A stretch of DNA of 64,000 bases from Phoronis australis (GCA_002633005.1 NMRA01000373.1:1-64000), one strand, 5' to 3'; counted from the first letter of the stretch, positions 36,301 to 51,300 are shown. Notes: a model not told the origin generated them from the sequence alone. Translations and numbers: made by a program.

Positions 36301-39300
36301 TCTAAGTGCACCTTGGGTGTCTACTTCATCTTACAGTCTCCACTACTTTTGCCAGTTTATTCATAGGTCCCCGTTTAACTATGAGTTTGACTATTCAGGT
36401 TTCTATAATTTAATCCTTAGTTCTTATTGTTCAGTGAAATTCCATCTTAATTCACCTCTCCAGTTTCTTCTGTTTACCTCTTACAGCCCAGCCATTCCAT
36501 TGCTGGCCTGTTGTTTCATTGTTAAATTTCTGCTTCCTTTACTCTTCCCTTTCAGCATGCCATTCGCCAATCAACCAGAAAACTTCCTCGCCATACCAGA
36601 TTTGTCGACCATCTCCACAAGTGCCACCTGTCCACCCACCGTCATCCACGGTCCTCTCTCACTTCAGACCTCCTCAGGCAATTATGGGTAAATTCGACGC
36701 TTCGCGACGCCCTATCGGACTTACTTACCTCAGCCTTTGGAGACCTCAACGCAGCCAACCATCATTAACGCGGCGACTCCTTCAACTGTTCACCAGACTA
36801 CACTTACGCCAACCATCCTCACTTCTACATACATGTACATCACCAACTATGTCTTCATCGCCTACGGACATACCCCCATCACTAGAGCACCATCAACCAT
36901 CCATCACAGGTAACCTCGACACATCCGTCCATACCTCTCTGGCTTTGGGCATCAACTTGGATGCCAAAACCAAAAACCTCATATGGACGGACCAATATAT
37001 CATATTTAGTCACCTTCTTAATCCGGTTTCATCTCCGCAGCTCCAGCTCACTATTGTTAACCAACAACCAGTTTTTTCCCCAACCCCCAAATCTCGCTCC
37101 ATCAAAAACACCAACTTGAGTTCCACAGCACCTCATTACGTTCAAACTTTGCTCCTCCGAGCATCGCCGGTTGCCCCATCAACCATTCAAACTTACCGCC
37201 GTGTCTTTTCGCATTTCTTCCAATACCATTTATCATCAGCATGCCCCTTGCCTGTGTTTCCTGTCTCCACATCTACCTTTTAGTTCTTACATTGCACATT
37301 AGCACATCTCTTCTCGTCTGGCTTAACTGCATCCACCATCTCTACCTATGTCTCCGCCAGAGCGTTTCATTGAATTGGACTCCATGTCCGACTCTGACTT
37401 TCTCCTTTCTGGTCAAGAACATTATGAAGGGCGTGTCCAATTCTCAGCCATCCGTGGACACCGGTCTCCTAATAAAAACACACATTCTTCACCGCCTTCC
37501 CAAAGCCTTACCCTCTGCTCTCGACTCTCACTTCCACACATCTCTCTGCCCTGCCATGTTTTCCACGGCCTTTCACGCCTTCCTTCGTGTTAGTGAATTC
37601 ATTGTCGCCACCTCTGCCTCACCACCCCTCTCTGTCCTCCAGGTATCTGACGTCTCAGTCACCTCTACATCCATGTCTCTCACTATCTCCTGCTACAAAC
37701 ATCATGACTACACTCATACCATTCTCGTTATTCCTCGTTCTTTTGGTAACCATTGCGCTATGGCAACCCTTCAGCACTACCTCAATCTCTCCACAGTCCT
37801 CGGGACACCTCCTCCAACTCACCAATGGTTCCCCCATAACTCGCTCTTACTTCATTCGCCATCTTAACTTGGTACTCGAGTGCGTCGGTCTTGATCCTAA
37901 CCACTATAAATCTTATAGTTTCGGTATTGGCACAGCCACCTCTGCTGCGACCATCCAAATTCCCGACTCCACCATTCAGCGTATGGGTTGCTGGAAGTCC
38001 GACTCTCTCAAGACCTACATTCGTCTCCCATCCTTACACTTCCCCGCTACTAATGTTCCCACTCACTCGATCATTACCATAATCATTCGCCACCAATGAA
38101 CAGCTGTATTGCCAGGGCTTCAGTAACCTCCTCACTGTTTCTCCACAACAGACCAACTGTATTGCCAGTGCCATGTCTCACTCACCAACCCCCTTTCAAG
38201 AAAGGGGCAACTGTATTGCCAGTGTTCTATTCACTACCACGCATCTTCATCTCGGGGTTGCTGTCGGCAGTGTCTTCCACGGCTATAAGCAATACTGTAT
38301 AGATTGTGTCCATTTCACTCACCCACATTTTTCACCCTAGAGCGCCTGTATTGCTAATGTCCCGATTCACTCACTCTGACTACATTTTCGTTGTTGCGCC
38401 TTCACCACAACCTTTTTGGAGTCCTCCCTACCAGGCACTCTTTCGAGTCCTTTTCAATTGTCTTCCGCGGCTATAAGCAATACTGTATAGCTTGTGTCCT
38501 TTTCACTCACCCCCCATTTTTCACCCTAGAGCGCCTGTATTGTTAGTGTCCCGATTCACTCACTCTGACTACATTTTCGTTGTTGCGCCTTCACCACTAA
38601 CCTTTTTGGAGTCCTCCCTACCGGGCACTCTTTCCAGTCCTTTTCAATTGTTGTTGGTTTACCTCGTGCCCCATCACAGGTTATTCTCTAATTAGCATTT
38701 TTTGCCACAAGTTATAGATTTAGATTTAACAGTACTTCCAGTTGCCGTTATACTTATCTATGAGTCACTGTTTCTGTTTACACATACCTGTGTATACAGC
38801 ATACTTTTTGGCGGTTATGTATATTACCTTATGTATGTTCCTTGGTTATTATCTATTCATATTAACTTTATATTCCTCTCAGGTTTCAGTTACTATAATT
38901 TTGACATCTTGTTGGGTTGCTATATAATTTTTGTTATTGTCATGCTGACCAGTTGTTCCACTCAATGTTAAGTCTTTTTTCTTATTTTCGTCACTATTTT
39001 AAACCCTTTGACTCATGCTACTTTTTGTCAGCCTCCCTCACTTTCCCTTGGGTGGGCGGATGCATCCTTCTGCTGCATCTGTGGCAGATTGTCACGCACC
39101 TTTACAGCTCAACGTTTTATTATACAACTTTTGTAATTATCCATATCTGTAGTAGTTAAGTTTGTCATAATATGTATGACCTTTTATCTCACCCTGATCA
39201 GGTGTTGTTTCATTGTAAACTAGCTTTGGTATCACTTTGCAGTTAGCGCAATGTAAAAATGGTAAATTCATAACATGAACAAGTTTTGTATGGTACAATT

Positions 39301-42300
39301 AATGTTCAAGATAAAATCTCAAAAACTTTTCACAGTTTTCCAAATTGTCGTTTCATTTTTGTTTTATGCAGCTTAATTATTTTTTTCACGAACATCATCA
39401 AACCTATTTTTGATAGCCCCTCATACAAAAGTGGAACATTTTAAAAACAAATCACTTTCTAAAACCACTTTGGAAACAGAGTGCAAAGAATAGTAGCTGA
39501 AAGTTTCATGTTAATCCGATCAGCCATTTCTGAGATACAGTGTTGCAAGGTTGGCCAAAATTGGAATTCTTCTAGGGTCCTACATAACCTTAAAGACACA
39601 CCAGGAGAGACTGTCTTGAAATTTTCTCAGATGGTGATTATTGCTAAAAACCACAAGACTAGTGTAAAATGTTCAAATGTGAATTTTAAAATATATTTCC
39701 AACAGCCACTTCCTGGAATACCACAATACCCTCTGAGCCTGTGGTATTTACCCACAATGCTCCTCTGAGCCTGTGGTATTTACCCACAGTGCTCCTCTGA
39801 GCCTGTGGTATTTACCCACAATGCTGCATGTCTGTATACCAGTTGCCCCAAAGTTGTAGACTGCTGCTGTATTTATCACTATTTTACATTGAGCATCAGT
39901 TTGCCATTCATCATTTTCATGTTACTGAAGTTTTATTTGCATAACGAGTTGTAATGTAGACATAAACATTTTTGAGAAGCTGATTGTGAGGCACGATAAA
40001 TCATTGTTTACTAATCAGACTTAGATCTGGCGTGCGTTAACTGAATTTGGAATTTGGAATCAAAATCTAAGGTCATTTCACACACCTCTGCTAGTTATGA
40101 ATACCTGAGGAGTTCACGTGCAGCCACCCTGTTCTGTACAGACTTTTGTCCTCGGCCACCAGGTTGTAACCTGGACGACACTCATTGACAATATTGGACA
40201 TGACGCTTGGAACGATACACGAATCTAAAAGATAAGAATAATTCTGTAAAAGTCTAGTATTAGACAACGATAATTCCAATTTCCCACTGTTTTATCTAAA
40301 AGAGCTCAAATTAGAACAACTACGCCTCATATAACACACATCGAGTGAACTAACTTTAGTACACTGTTGAATGGCTGATGGTATTTTGAAAAAGATATGA
40401 ATTGACAAACAGTAATTTATCCTCAAAACTATACATGCATGCACCCTGAGAAGTATTATTGATCACAATTGCACCACATCTAACCATAATGCTCTAATAA
40501 CAAAATATGAAATTACTCAATATGTACTTCTCATTATTCTGCCTGAAGATGCAATAGTTCTCAATTCGCCATTAATAAACAATTATGAAATTGCACTACT
40601 TATTACATTCCGATGAGAAAACACGATGATTCCCTTCAGGATGCTATTTTTCATGTTAAATAGACTAACCTGATTTAATCCTTAGCTGCCTGAGTCTGGC
40701 CACACCCATTACGTAGCCATTCATGTCAGCAGCAAACTGCCCCTGAATTGTGTCGCCATTGTAATAAGTTGTTCGGTAAAGACCTGGCAACACCGTCAAC
40801 TCCATCCACTGCCAGAAGTTGTCAAAATAAGTTACCTGAAATGTAATATTGAGGTTATGTAGGACCTTATCGACAACTTTTAAATTTAAAATAATTTTGT
40901 ACAGACTAATGACTGAGCACCATAACAGTGGCACCTTCGTGAGGTGACGCAGTCATCCCCACTAAGTAAGTGTTTCACAGGAATGCACAGTATGGGCAAA
41001 TTTTTCTGTCACGACATATTTTGTAGGTTGCGGTCATGCAGAAGAAAAACGAGCCATTTCAAAAGTGACTGCTTCCCCACTGATTATGATAGATGACTTT
41101 CACGATTGAAACAAAGGATGTTTTGGGTGAAACTGTTGCCAGTCAACCAATGGACTGGGTGATTTGAACTTAATGTCTTTACTGTTTCCTGCATTTGTTT
41201 ATATAGAAAATTATCGACGACAACTCTGATATCTTACTCAGGGATATACTTAGCAACTCGCCCAGTCGCCAATACGAGTAAAAATGGAGCTGGGCGAGTA
41301 GAAGTTGACTTGCCGGTTGCCCAGGTGGCGAGCGATTTTCCAAAGTGGAAAAGCACTATCTGTTCGATGCCGTGCATCATTTTTGTCATTGATTGTTGTA
41401 TTTCATTTACTTGTTACGCTGTTTATTTTCTTTATAGGTAGCTGAACATCTTTTGCCACTGTGATTGGGTTTCTTTTATTAAGCTGGTTCTTTCCAGTGG
41501 CTATAATAGCATTTGCATAGTCGAATAATAGCTTGACCGGCTAGCTATTGTTACATATTAGCCTCTGTATGTTACGCAGGTTTTGGTGACTAGCGTTTCA
41601 CGAGTTTACCGGCATATACTATATAGCGAGTCACTCTCATTTTACATATTCAAATTCAGTTTTCAAAAAACGTCTTTTCTCAATATGTAAAAACCAAACT
41701 GCAGCTTTGTTTTATACCTCCGAAAGAAAGTAAACACTAGTAATACATGCATGTCGTTTTGTGACAGACATAGTTTTCCCACATACATGGAAAGTATTGG
41801 GGAGCAAACTCGAATTACCCAATGGAAACTCGCATAGAGTCAGGAATTATTTCAAGGTTTTTCCTTTCATGAAAATTTGGTGAGTATTACACGAACTGTT
41901 CCCACACATCCGAACAAAAACTGGAGGGAATTTGCACTCAGAGTTAGAGTGGATCTTTAATGACCTTGATGACAATCATATAGCAGGTCAGACCCAGTAA
42001 ACTCGTGGATACTTTTTTCAACAAGTAATTTCCCCCTTCTCACATTAAAAACTTGTCTACTCGAATGCACGTGTCAGTCAGAGAGCAGTGATTCAACTTT
42101 CACGTCGACAACTAGTCTTGCGCTCTAGAGCCTTTCAATGGCGGTCGTAAACAACACTAATGCAGTATGTAAGAACTCCATTTTGCAACATGAAAATTCT
42201 GAATATTTAACACTGAATTTAAGAACATACCGTATTCGCCGTAATAACCGCCCAGGGCGCTTAGAAAAGTTCGTTTCAGGGGGGGCGCTTATTATTACCC

Positions 42301-45300
42301 AAGGCTGTTGAAACCCCGTCTCCGAAACGGGTGAAATCGGAAGCTAAGATTCATCATATTTACGCTCTGTGATGTATCTGTAATCTATGAAAAGACTTTC
42401 TACGAAACCGTGGTGCATTGCTATCAAACTTTGCTCCTAAATTACGATCATTTTACAGAAAATTGTGCTGAAATCCCAGGGTGAAAACTCGCCGACTGCC
42501 TGCCTCGCAATCGTCGATATGGCGACTTGAATGCTTGAATAAAAATACAGTTTCGACTCAAGCAAATTAACTGAAATCCTCCTTAAGTTTTCCAAGTAGC
42601 GTCCCTAAGATTTTTAAGTTCCCGTGGAGTCAGGATCACGGCAGGTTTGAGTACAAATCTGAGCTTAGCCTAGTAAATCGTGCCATCTACATGACTTCGG
42701 GCAACACGAGAACAATGTCTGGACGAACACACATGTTGTTGTCACGTGACGTTTGTGTTGAAGTTGTCTGCGTTTGTGAGTAAGCGAGCTCGTGCGTGTC
42801 ACTAGAGTTCATTTGCCAGTCAGAGCAGATACTGTCTTTTGGCCAGAACCACGCAATCTAAAGAACTAGATGTGCATTGTATCTAAACAAATGTCCACAA
42901 GCAGTAGGCCTAAACCAGAGCGTGTTTCATTCAGCAATTGCCGGTCTCATGTCGCTAAAAACGTTCAACATTTGTCTCGGTAAGGCCATATTAGTCGCCG
43001 TGTTCCTGGATGCGGCATACGTGACTATCTGACAGTTATTGTTTGGTGTAAGGGTGTGTAAGCATTCACTGTCAGTGGTCATTTTATCGGATATTTGGCT
43101 TAAAAAACCAATTATGGTTAATCAAACAATTCATCTTAAAAATAACGTAAACATTTTTTATAGTATTAGAAATTGTCGGAAATTAGTGCCAATATTCATT
43201 TCTTATCGATGCTATGCAACCCGTTTCATGAATGGATGGTTCCCAACTAATGTCTTTGATGACAGGTTCATGTATGTAGCACGCGCTTCCTGGCCACGTG
43301 CTTTTAACACTGACCAAGCTTTTTATCAGTCTTCGATTCGCCGTTTTCACGTGTAGGCCTACAAAGAAATTTGGATTCCTGTTGAAAGCGGGAAATATCT
43401 ACAAAGCAATCCCATAGACAAGTACACTATACTTCTGTTCTGAAAGGCCAGACCATTGGTCCTTGCAATATCAGCAGAACTTTTGTGTTCGTTTTGAGGC
43501 ATGGCGGAAGTTTGAAGTGTAGTCACGGCTAAATACTGACATAGCGGCGAGGCTTGTGGTCTACAAATTCTGCGCACAATGATTTTTTTCAGGACTGTCG
43601 GATATTATTGATAAATTAAAGACATTACTGTAGAATTTTAGGACTGTAGGTAAGGCATTTTTCGCACGTACACGTTCATGGACTGGGCCCTTATTTTACC
43701 AAAGTCTGAATACGCATGGGGGGCGCTTATAGGGGCATGGGCGGTTATTACGGTGAATACGGTAATCTAAACATTTTCTCAATGATCTAAAAAATCAATT
43801 TCGGTACGTAAAAATGCCGGGTACATTTTGCAACCTGGCATTTATGAATGCGAGCTGGATTTTGAAAATCCAACCTGGGATTTTGGCCACTGGTCACAAA
43901 ATGGGACATGGCAATTTTCATCATGTCGAGCCCTGACGGGTATGCCTATACGTAGTTAACTAATAATCGTCACCTCATCGTAGGATTTACATCAACATGT
44001 AGAGCTACCAGACTGGCAAGGGTGCCTGCAAAATGTGGTAGTCAACCGACACTCACCTTCTTTGTTGCAGCCGTTTAAGCTTAAGTGAAAAACAATCAAA
44101 TAAACGTCATTTTCTAGCATAATTCGCCGTCTTTTTTAACAAAGAAAAGTGTGTCGTCCGTTTCAAAGACAGCACACTAGTGACCAGAGACATAATGCTC
44201 GTGACACGGCACACGCGCCATTTCCTAAAATTTTGTGACGTCTTTTGCTAGATGATAACAGCTTCGCAGCACCCAGGTTTGTACTAAAATTCGGTTGGTT
44301 GGTTTTAAAATACTAAAAACTTGTAACGAAATGAAACAAGTTCTGATAATTTGTTGTGACATGTACCCAACCTTGTGCCGGCAGCGAAGAACAGTTGATA
44401 ACAGAACAGGGGAAAAGAAACTGGTAAAGTTCAGGTGACATAATCATCAAAAGCCAACTCAAGAGAACGCATCACAATTTTAGCAGCAGCTGATCAACGA
44501 CCACTAACTGTTTCAACACCGATAAATAAGTTAGTTTAGGCCTGTTCAAGGATGAGAGCAGTTTTAATGACACTGATTTTGAATCAGATTTTATTTGTCC
44601 ATTTTTTGCACGTATCGGCGCAAACCTGTATATTTAGTAGGCCTATTTCTGCTTTGGGCCAAGACTCGGGCAACCCGGCGATGGTTAAGGCCTATGCGAT
44701 GACCATGACCTTAGAAGTAAGATCATACCTTTTTCAAAGAGTTCGAACTATCAGGAGCCAAACAAAAAGGCATGGTGAACCTTTTACAGCACTGTGGCTA
44801 ACACTAAAAATTACTGATACAATGATAAAATACGATATAAATTTCACAAGTAATGAACATGAAAAGCATCCGATACCACAAAGGCACATCACTGACACAC
44901 CAACCAATCAGCGATCGCTGTAGGGATTCCAGTGTTTTGACCTTTGTTTGGCACGCAAGTTGGGCAAATGTGAGTTTTATTTGTATGTTGGAACCGATTA
45001 ACTGCAACATGGTTTTAACAACAGTGCCCTTTTAAAGTAGCTTGGATTTCAGAGATATTTTCTTCTAGCTTCAAAATACCATCCTCAGATTCAGTGCTAT
45101 AAACAGTAGAAGATTCTGGAACAACATAAGTCAAAATATAAAGTATTTCTTTGTCCCGATTGAAAGCTCGACCATCATAAACAATTCCCATCATGTCAGG
45201 AAACTCAGAAAATGTGTTGATGACTGACTTATATAATGCTGCTTTCACAAAGACCACCACGATTCCTGAATATCTATCATATCATGCCCTTTTAGCTTTG

Positions 45301-48300
45301 GAATTTTCAAATGCACCAAAGCCGTCAAATGCATGTTTAAACTGGCCGTTTTCTTTTGCCCAGATTTCTCTGATTCCTATTATATCACTTTCCATCAGCT
45401 CGTCCATCAGCTTGTGGATACATGTATGTGGACTATCTACTTCAACTTAGGTTCAAGAACCTGTGAGTTCTATGTTGATATTCTAAGGCCTCAACCGAAA
45501 ACATGCATTATCGCAGCAAAACTTTAACAAACAGATACGACAAACTTGGTTACCATTGAACACTTTTGTACAAAACAGAAGAAAGTTTACTGATGTGTCA
45601 AAAACCTGACACAGTGTTAACACTGAAGTCAGACTTACAGTCTTACACTCCACAAAAATATCAATTTCTGAAAAATAATTTAACCTCACTAGCAAAAGTG
45701 CAAAGTCTCCGAGATAAATAGTTACTTAAAACTTGCGTGACATAGTTATTTTTGTGATACGCTCATAAACTACTTTTCAGTATTTTTGTTAAGTGGGAGC
45801 ACAAAACTAAATTTCCGTCTTCATGCTTAAAGGCACTTTTCATCAAGCAGGCCCCTGGAGAGATACAACATGTAACAGAGACAGCAGAACATTGTGACAA
45901 CCAACCTTAGTCATGGGAAATGGTAGCCGAGCCTTGTCCCCAGGAGGCACGTTGTCATGCAGACCCTGAACAAAGACTCTGTTCATATTCTCGTGCATGC
46001 CGTACATCCAGGGGTCCCTGTTGGAGTAGGCACACACAGATAGTAGCATCATGAACAAGATGTAGAAGACGATCTCACGAACGATGGCCTGCATTTTGAT
46101 CTCTTTCAACCTGCCATGGGTGAATAGATATTAAATGCATGGAAGGATGCTGAATGGAGAGAAGATGAACAGAGGGATGACTGGCTGGTTTGACGAATGA
46201 ACAGAGGGATGACTGGTTGGACGAATGAACAGAGGGATGACTGGCTGATTGAACGAATGAACAGAGGAATGATTGGCTGGTTGGAGGAATGACCAGAGCT
46301 AAGATGGTTGGACGATTGCTTTCATGAAGAAAACAGCGAAAACTAACTTAAGGATATAATGTAATTTAAATTAACATTCGAATCCAAAAATTAGTTTTTG
46401 TTACTTCATTTCACTCCGCCAAAAAAATCATGTTGCAAGGGTTGGCCAATTAAGATGCTGGGGTGTACACTTTTGCTAATTAAATGATAAAAATAACTGT
46501 GTGCTCACTGGCACATTCCACTTTCTACACATGATTGCTTGAAATCAAACGGGAAATTGAAATGTAAACATTGTCTGCGACATAGCGTACTCATACTGTG
46601 GTAAAAGTACTCCACCTTGCGGATAGAAGAGGTCAGACACTGAGTGGAATGTTTAGAGATATTTCATTCTTTGCCAACAGACAGTTAACTTGGCAAATGA
46701 CTCCACTACAAACACAAATAATAGAAGGAAAGTGGACCAGTTGGACTGTGGCTTCAGAACACAAAAAGTATGGTAACTGACTCAATCTGTAATATGTTAA
46801 ATGTCACTGATGCTTGAATGCATCAGCACCTCCATGAGTAGAGCCAGTTATATCACACAACACTACTTGAATCTACTGTGAACACCTTCCCCATCAAGAA
46901 ACTCAGGTGCCACCCATGATGTCCACAACATGCCGTCACCTTGTGACACGAGCTTCCTTCAGCAGTTCTTCATCGGGTGGCATGATAGCCTCACTACTGT
47001 CCCTGTCCAGCAATCTGTGGACGTAGCGACCATCGTGACCAGCTGCTGAAGAAACGTGTAGATACTCTTCCTGATCAGTGAGTGGTTGAGCCTCCTCATC
47101 CTTGTCACTGTCTGGTCGTTTGATGACCAGTGCATAGAACAGTGCTAGGATGAGTACCTGAAGATAGTTCCAAATTACAGTTATGGATGGAAGCTAGAAC
47201 AGTTTATCAAACAAAAGACAACTGTCTAGCGTTCAGTGGATGATTCATGCACTGGACACCAGTTTCCAGCACACCTGCATTGGCCAGAATAGGTGTATAC
47301 TATTCAAATGCTTTCCAATAATGCTCCCATCAATTTAATGCCTTGATAATAAAAAAATTATAACATCACAATGCACAAGGTGGATTTAAGCCAAGTCTTA
47401 CATTGTCTGCATCTCATAAGAATCTAGCTGTTTCAATACTATGAATATAACAGAACATATTCATCAGCATCGTCAAATATCGATGTCAAAAAAACTACAA
47501 GAGAGAGCCGTCTATTCTGTGGTTACATGAACTTTTTATGCATCATGAAATCCCAGACAGCAAACTGTTTCATTCTGGTTCTCCCCGTCATAGTCATCTC
47601 TGAGACTATGGTTAAACTAACGAACAAGAATTTTATTCCATGGGTTACATCAAACATAAATTACCTTTATGGGCTGCGTGAAAAATATGGACTCCACCAG
47701 GCTTGTAATCATAGATACAACCCATTCTCTTGACTTCTCAGGTCCAAAATGTGCACCAACTCCAACAATGATGATGAACGCACCAGCCACGCTACCATAA
47801 CAAAGAATGTAACCAAAAATAACGAACCACCAGGGCAGTAAGCATTTTTTCATTTTTTTCGGTTTCTTCGGCGCGCTCGATCCATCATCAATAGCTGAAT
47901 GCCAGAGAGGCTCTGAATAAGCAGGTCGCAGGCCTTGCACCAAGTTTGATGTGTAGGTCCCAGGAGGCGGGGTACGTAGTATGCGCGATGCGGCCTCATC
48001 TTGTAAGTCAAACTGAGTCTGCAGTTTCTCCATGCTCAACATGGCCATACTCATCCTCGAATACCGCTGAATATCTTTTTCATAATTCTCGCCAGAGCTC
48101 TTCGATAAACTCTCTTGCTTCTTCGACCTCAAAGACCTCTTGTTGGATTTTGGAACATCCCTACGTGACTGTTTCTTGCCCGACTTCCGCACGTCGCTCA
48201 TGCGAAAGATTGTGACAATTACGAGACTGATGGGGAACATGATTAGGCTACTAATCAAGCCAGTGTAGATGCTGTCAAGCGTGAAGACGATGGGACCCAA

Positions 48301-51300
48301 CTTGATGGACTGGGGTGACTCCACTTTGTGTTTAGTGTCATAGAACAAAATGTTAGCAGTCATCGTAAGGAATAACAACGACAGACAACATGTCACTCGT
48401 TGAACACGTGTAAATGTGCTTCGCGGGGGACGGCTGGCCACAGAGAACCACAAGTGGCCATCGGAAAGGTTCCGGCGGGTCTTCGTCCAGAACAGATGGT
48501 TGAAACTAGTCAGCTCCATCCTGCCAGCAATGGGAATGATACGGTCAATCTACGAAGAAAAAAGATCGAAGAATTAGCACACATTTGATCAATAATAATA
48601 ATAATAATAAACTTTATTTAAAGAGGATAAAAAAATACAATATATGTAAAACATGCTTTAGCCAAAGGCTAATATCCAGCATGGTCATTAAATCATCATT
48701 AAACTGAAGCGCTTTCAATCAGTCATGAAATTCCTCTTAACAAAATACCACGAACACCACCAATTATAAAATACAAGACAAAAGTAATCGGGCGAAATAA
48801 CATCTTCCTCCATCATGACAGCCGATTCTGGTCACAGCAAACTAGGTTTGCAAAATTCTAATAATTACAGATTGGCTTACCCGCTTTACAAACTTCTCTG
48901 TTGATTCCCATTCATTCTTGGTCACGAGAGAAGACCACTGAGACTATGAATTTGGCTTCCGCCCAGCTGCCGTGACTAGGATTTCCGGATCAATTTTGCC
49001 TGAACACTTTTGTCTTGTATTGTAACTATTAACTATAAGTTCTCTACTTTTTCATTAGAACAGAATAAACAATAAACAGTAGCATCTTGAACCACTTCTG
49101 TTGATCATGATCGATTAACACAGAAAATAACATTTTAATGCTAAATATAAAATAAAACAACAGACTGAAGTGACACAGGGAATTTCAACGTCTCAGCCTC
49201 CATGAAATTACCAAGCCGTCATCTTCTTCGACTGCTAGCCACTGGTCAAAGATGAAGTAGTACTTCTGACCTGTTTGAACATCCTGCACTAGCATACGAC
49301 TGAAGAACCAGGATGGACTTTTGCCTGAATTGTCATGCCACACTCTAGCATGGAAAAAATAGAAATAGGGGCAATGATACCAAGGGCACTTGTTAACCAT
49401 GAAGGCATTCTTATGAAACACAAGCAAAGGTTAATGTTACTAACACAAATTTAGTTATAACCTTCATAATTTCCCCAAATCATATAGGAGTGACTGTTCA
49501 GATAACCCGCACATCGCTAAAAACCAATATTTTGTGACGAGTCCTTTAATACAGAAAGCTGTTTTTCTGAAAGCACAATAAATCACATTCTCATTATTAT
49601 AAGCTATCTGCTGACAGTTGGTTCTTTACCTAACATGCCATGTAAAAGTATTCAGTGCCTATAATAAATACCACCTTTGACAGAAAGAGAGAACGAAAAC
49701 ACCAAGCAATTGCATGACGATTAACGTAAAACTTCAGTTGCTAAAAAATCTCGAATTCATTAAAATCAATGTTCTTACCTTAAGTGAGACAGTTTTCCAA
49801 GTGACTGTGGCACTGTTACCAAAAATGAGTCAATGGCGCCTCTTTTCAGAATCAGCCGTTTTTGATCTCGTAATAACCTGGGCTTGGTTTCTCCCTCATC
49901 ACCTGACAGCATGAATGAAACTTTGGCCGTAGTGCCACCATTGGTGCGAAAGCCAGTCCAGAGTGTGATTTCATAGGAGTATTTATCCAAAGGATTGTTG
50001 TCTGGCAATGGAGTCACACCAACCTGAAACACAAACATGGCATTCATAAACCACCGTACAGTTTAGGGGTTTGATATAATAGAAAAATGAAAATCTTTAT
50101 TGCAGGCTAGGAATACAGAACAGAGATACAGTACGTTGTCCATACAGATCTACAGAGCCGTTAAAGCAGCTAAAACAAGTTCTGTACTGTTAAAAACATC
50201 TACTTTCTTCACAAGACTGGCTTATTTGCTTTCCCAAAGAAAGAGCACCACATTCTCATTTTTGTTTGAATTGAAGTTGGTTACAGCAAATCAAATTGGT
50301 ACACCACTTAGTAAAATTTCTTGACCTAATTTACAATACTGACCAGGGTAAGTCTACCTGTATACTGGGATGAAGAGCCTACGTCTTACTCAGATTAACG
50401 GTATGCCCATGCAGAGTGTGTATATTATTCAGAAAGAACAAGCAAATAACCTTTAACTTCTAAAACTTGAGGGTTTGAGTTCCATACACCGTGGGGTTAG
50501 AATACTTTCAATAATTGCCACATACAAAACATCATTTCAAGGACCAGCCAATCTCACCTTTTGTAAGTCTTTCTTGTCAGCGTACCTGGCCCAGATGACA
50601 ACAACAAGGTAGATAGCCATGACAAATATCCCAAAAACAAAACAAATAGGGTTGGTGTCCAGCTGGCTAAATGCTTCTGCTGGTGGAACGATCTTGTTCA
50701 TTGGCACATAGAAACTGCTGGCAAACGAGGTCAGGTGGTTACAATGGCAATGAGTCACCTGAGGAGAGGTTCTGCTGCCAACCTGAAGCCAAAAGAAAAC
50801 ATGGCAATTTAAATCTTAATACAGAGAAATGTCTGTATGGTGCACAGCTATTCAAAATGAAGTGTGGGAGTTAAGCGATCCCAATTTTTTAGCTGCGGCC
50901 ATGCTTTCCACACTGTTTGTTAAGCTAATAAACAAGAGTCAAATAAACAGAAAATGATCTTAGCAATCCCCAGCAATGAACACCAGACAAGAAAAATTCA
51001 AAAATTCAATTGTCTGTCATGTAACAGAAATTAGTGGCTGATCAGATTCTTATAAAACTTTCAGATACCATGCTTTCTACACTTTTCCAAAATTGTTTTA
51101 AATTTTGTTTTAAAAATGTTCTACATTTGCATGAGGGGTAGTCAAAAACAGGATTTTTATGATTTTTGTAAAAAACTTTTAACATTGCATAACATGAAAA
51201 CAAATAATAAGTACAGCACTTTAGAAAACTGCAAGAGCATTTTTGAGATATCATCTTGAACATTTAATAAAATATAAAAAATCAATCATGTTATTTATAA

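Larger units (their letters stand above)
35240..38650 (+). mobile_element. Degenerate, internally deleted DIRS/Ngaro-type tyrosine-recombinase retrotransposon in a PKD intron, antisense to the host gene; boundaries approximate
   Basis: Gag-like SLALGINLDAKTKNLIWTDQYIIFSHLL, then APSTIQTYRRV (integrase N-terminal SAM-like), AMFSTAFHAFLRVSEF, LTISCYKH, NGSPITRSYF..HL..L..VGLDPNHYKSYSFGIGTATSAA...IQRMGCWKSDSLKTYIR across 3 frames. Strong C/T strand bias. No RT or RNase H motifs seen. Confidence 0.85.

Noticed and set aside
37130-38099. Phage integrase, prophage or Crypton
   Set aside because: The motif style (AFHAFLRVSE, SF.IG.ATSAA, MG.WKSD...YIR) and the upstream gag-like segment fit DIRS/Ngaro retroelements; no phage genes are present.
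39731-39825. 32 bp hairpin-containing repeats resembling CRISPR direct repeats
   Set aside because: Copies are head to tail with no spacers, there are no cas genes, and the site is in a eukaryotic intron.
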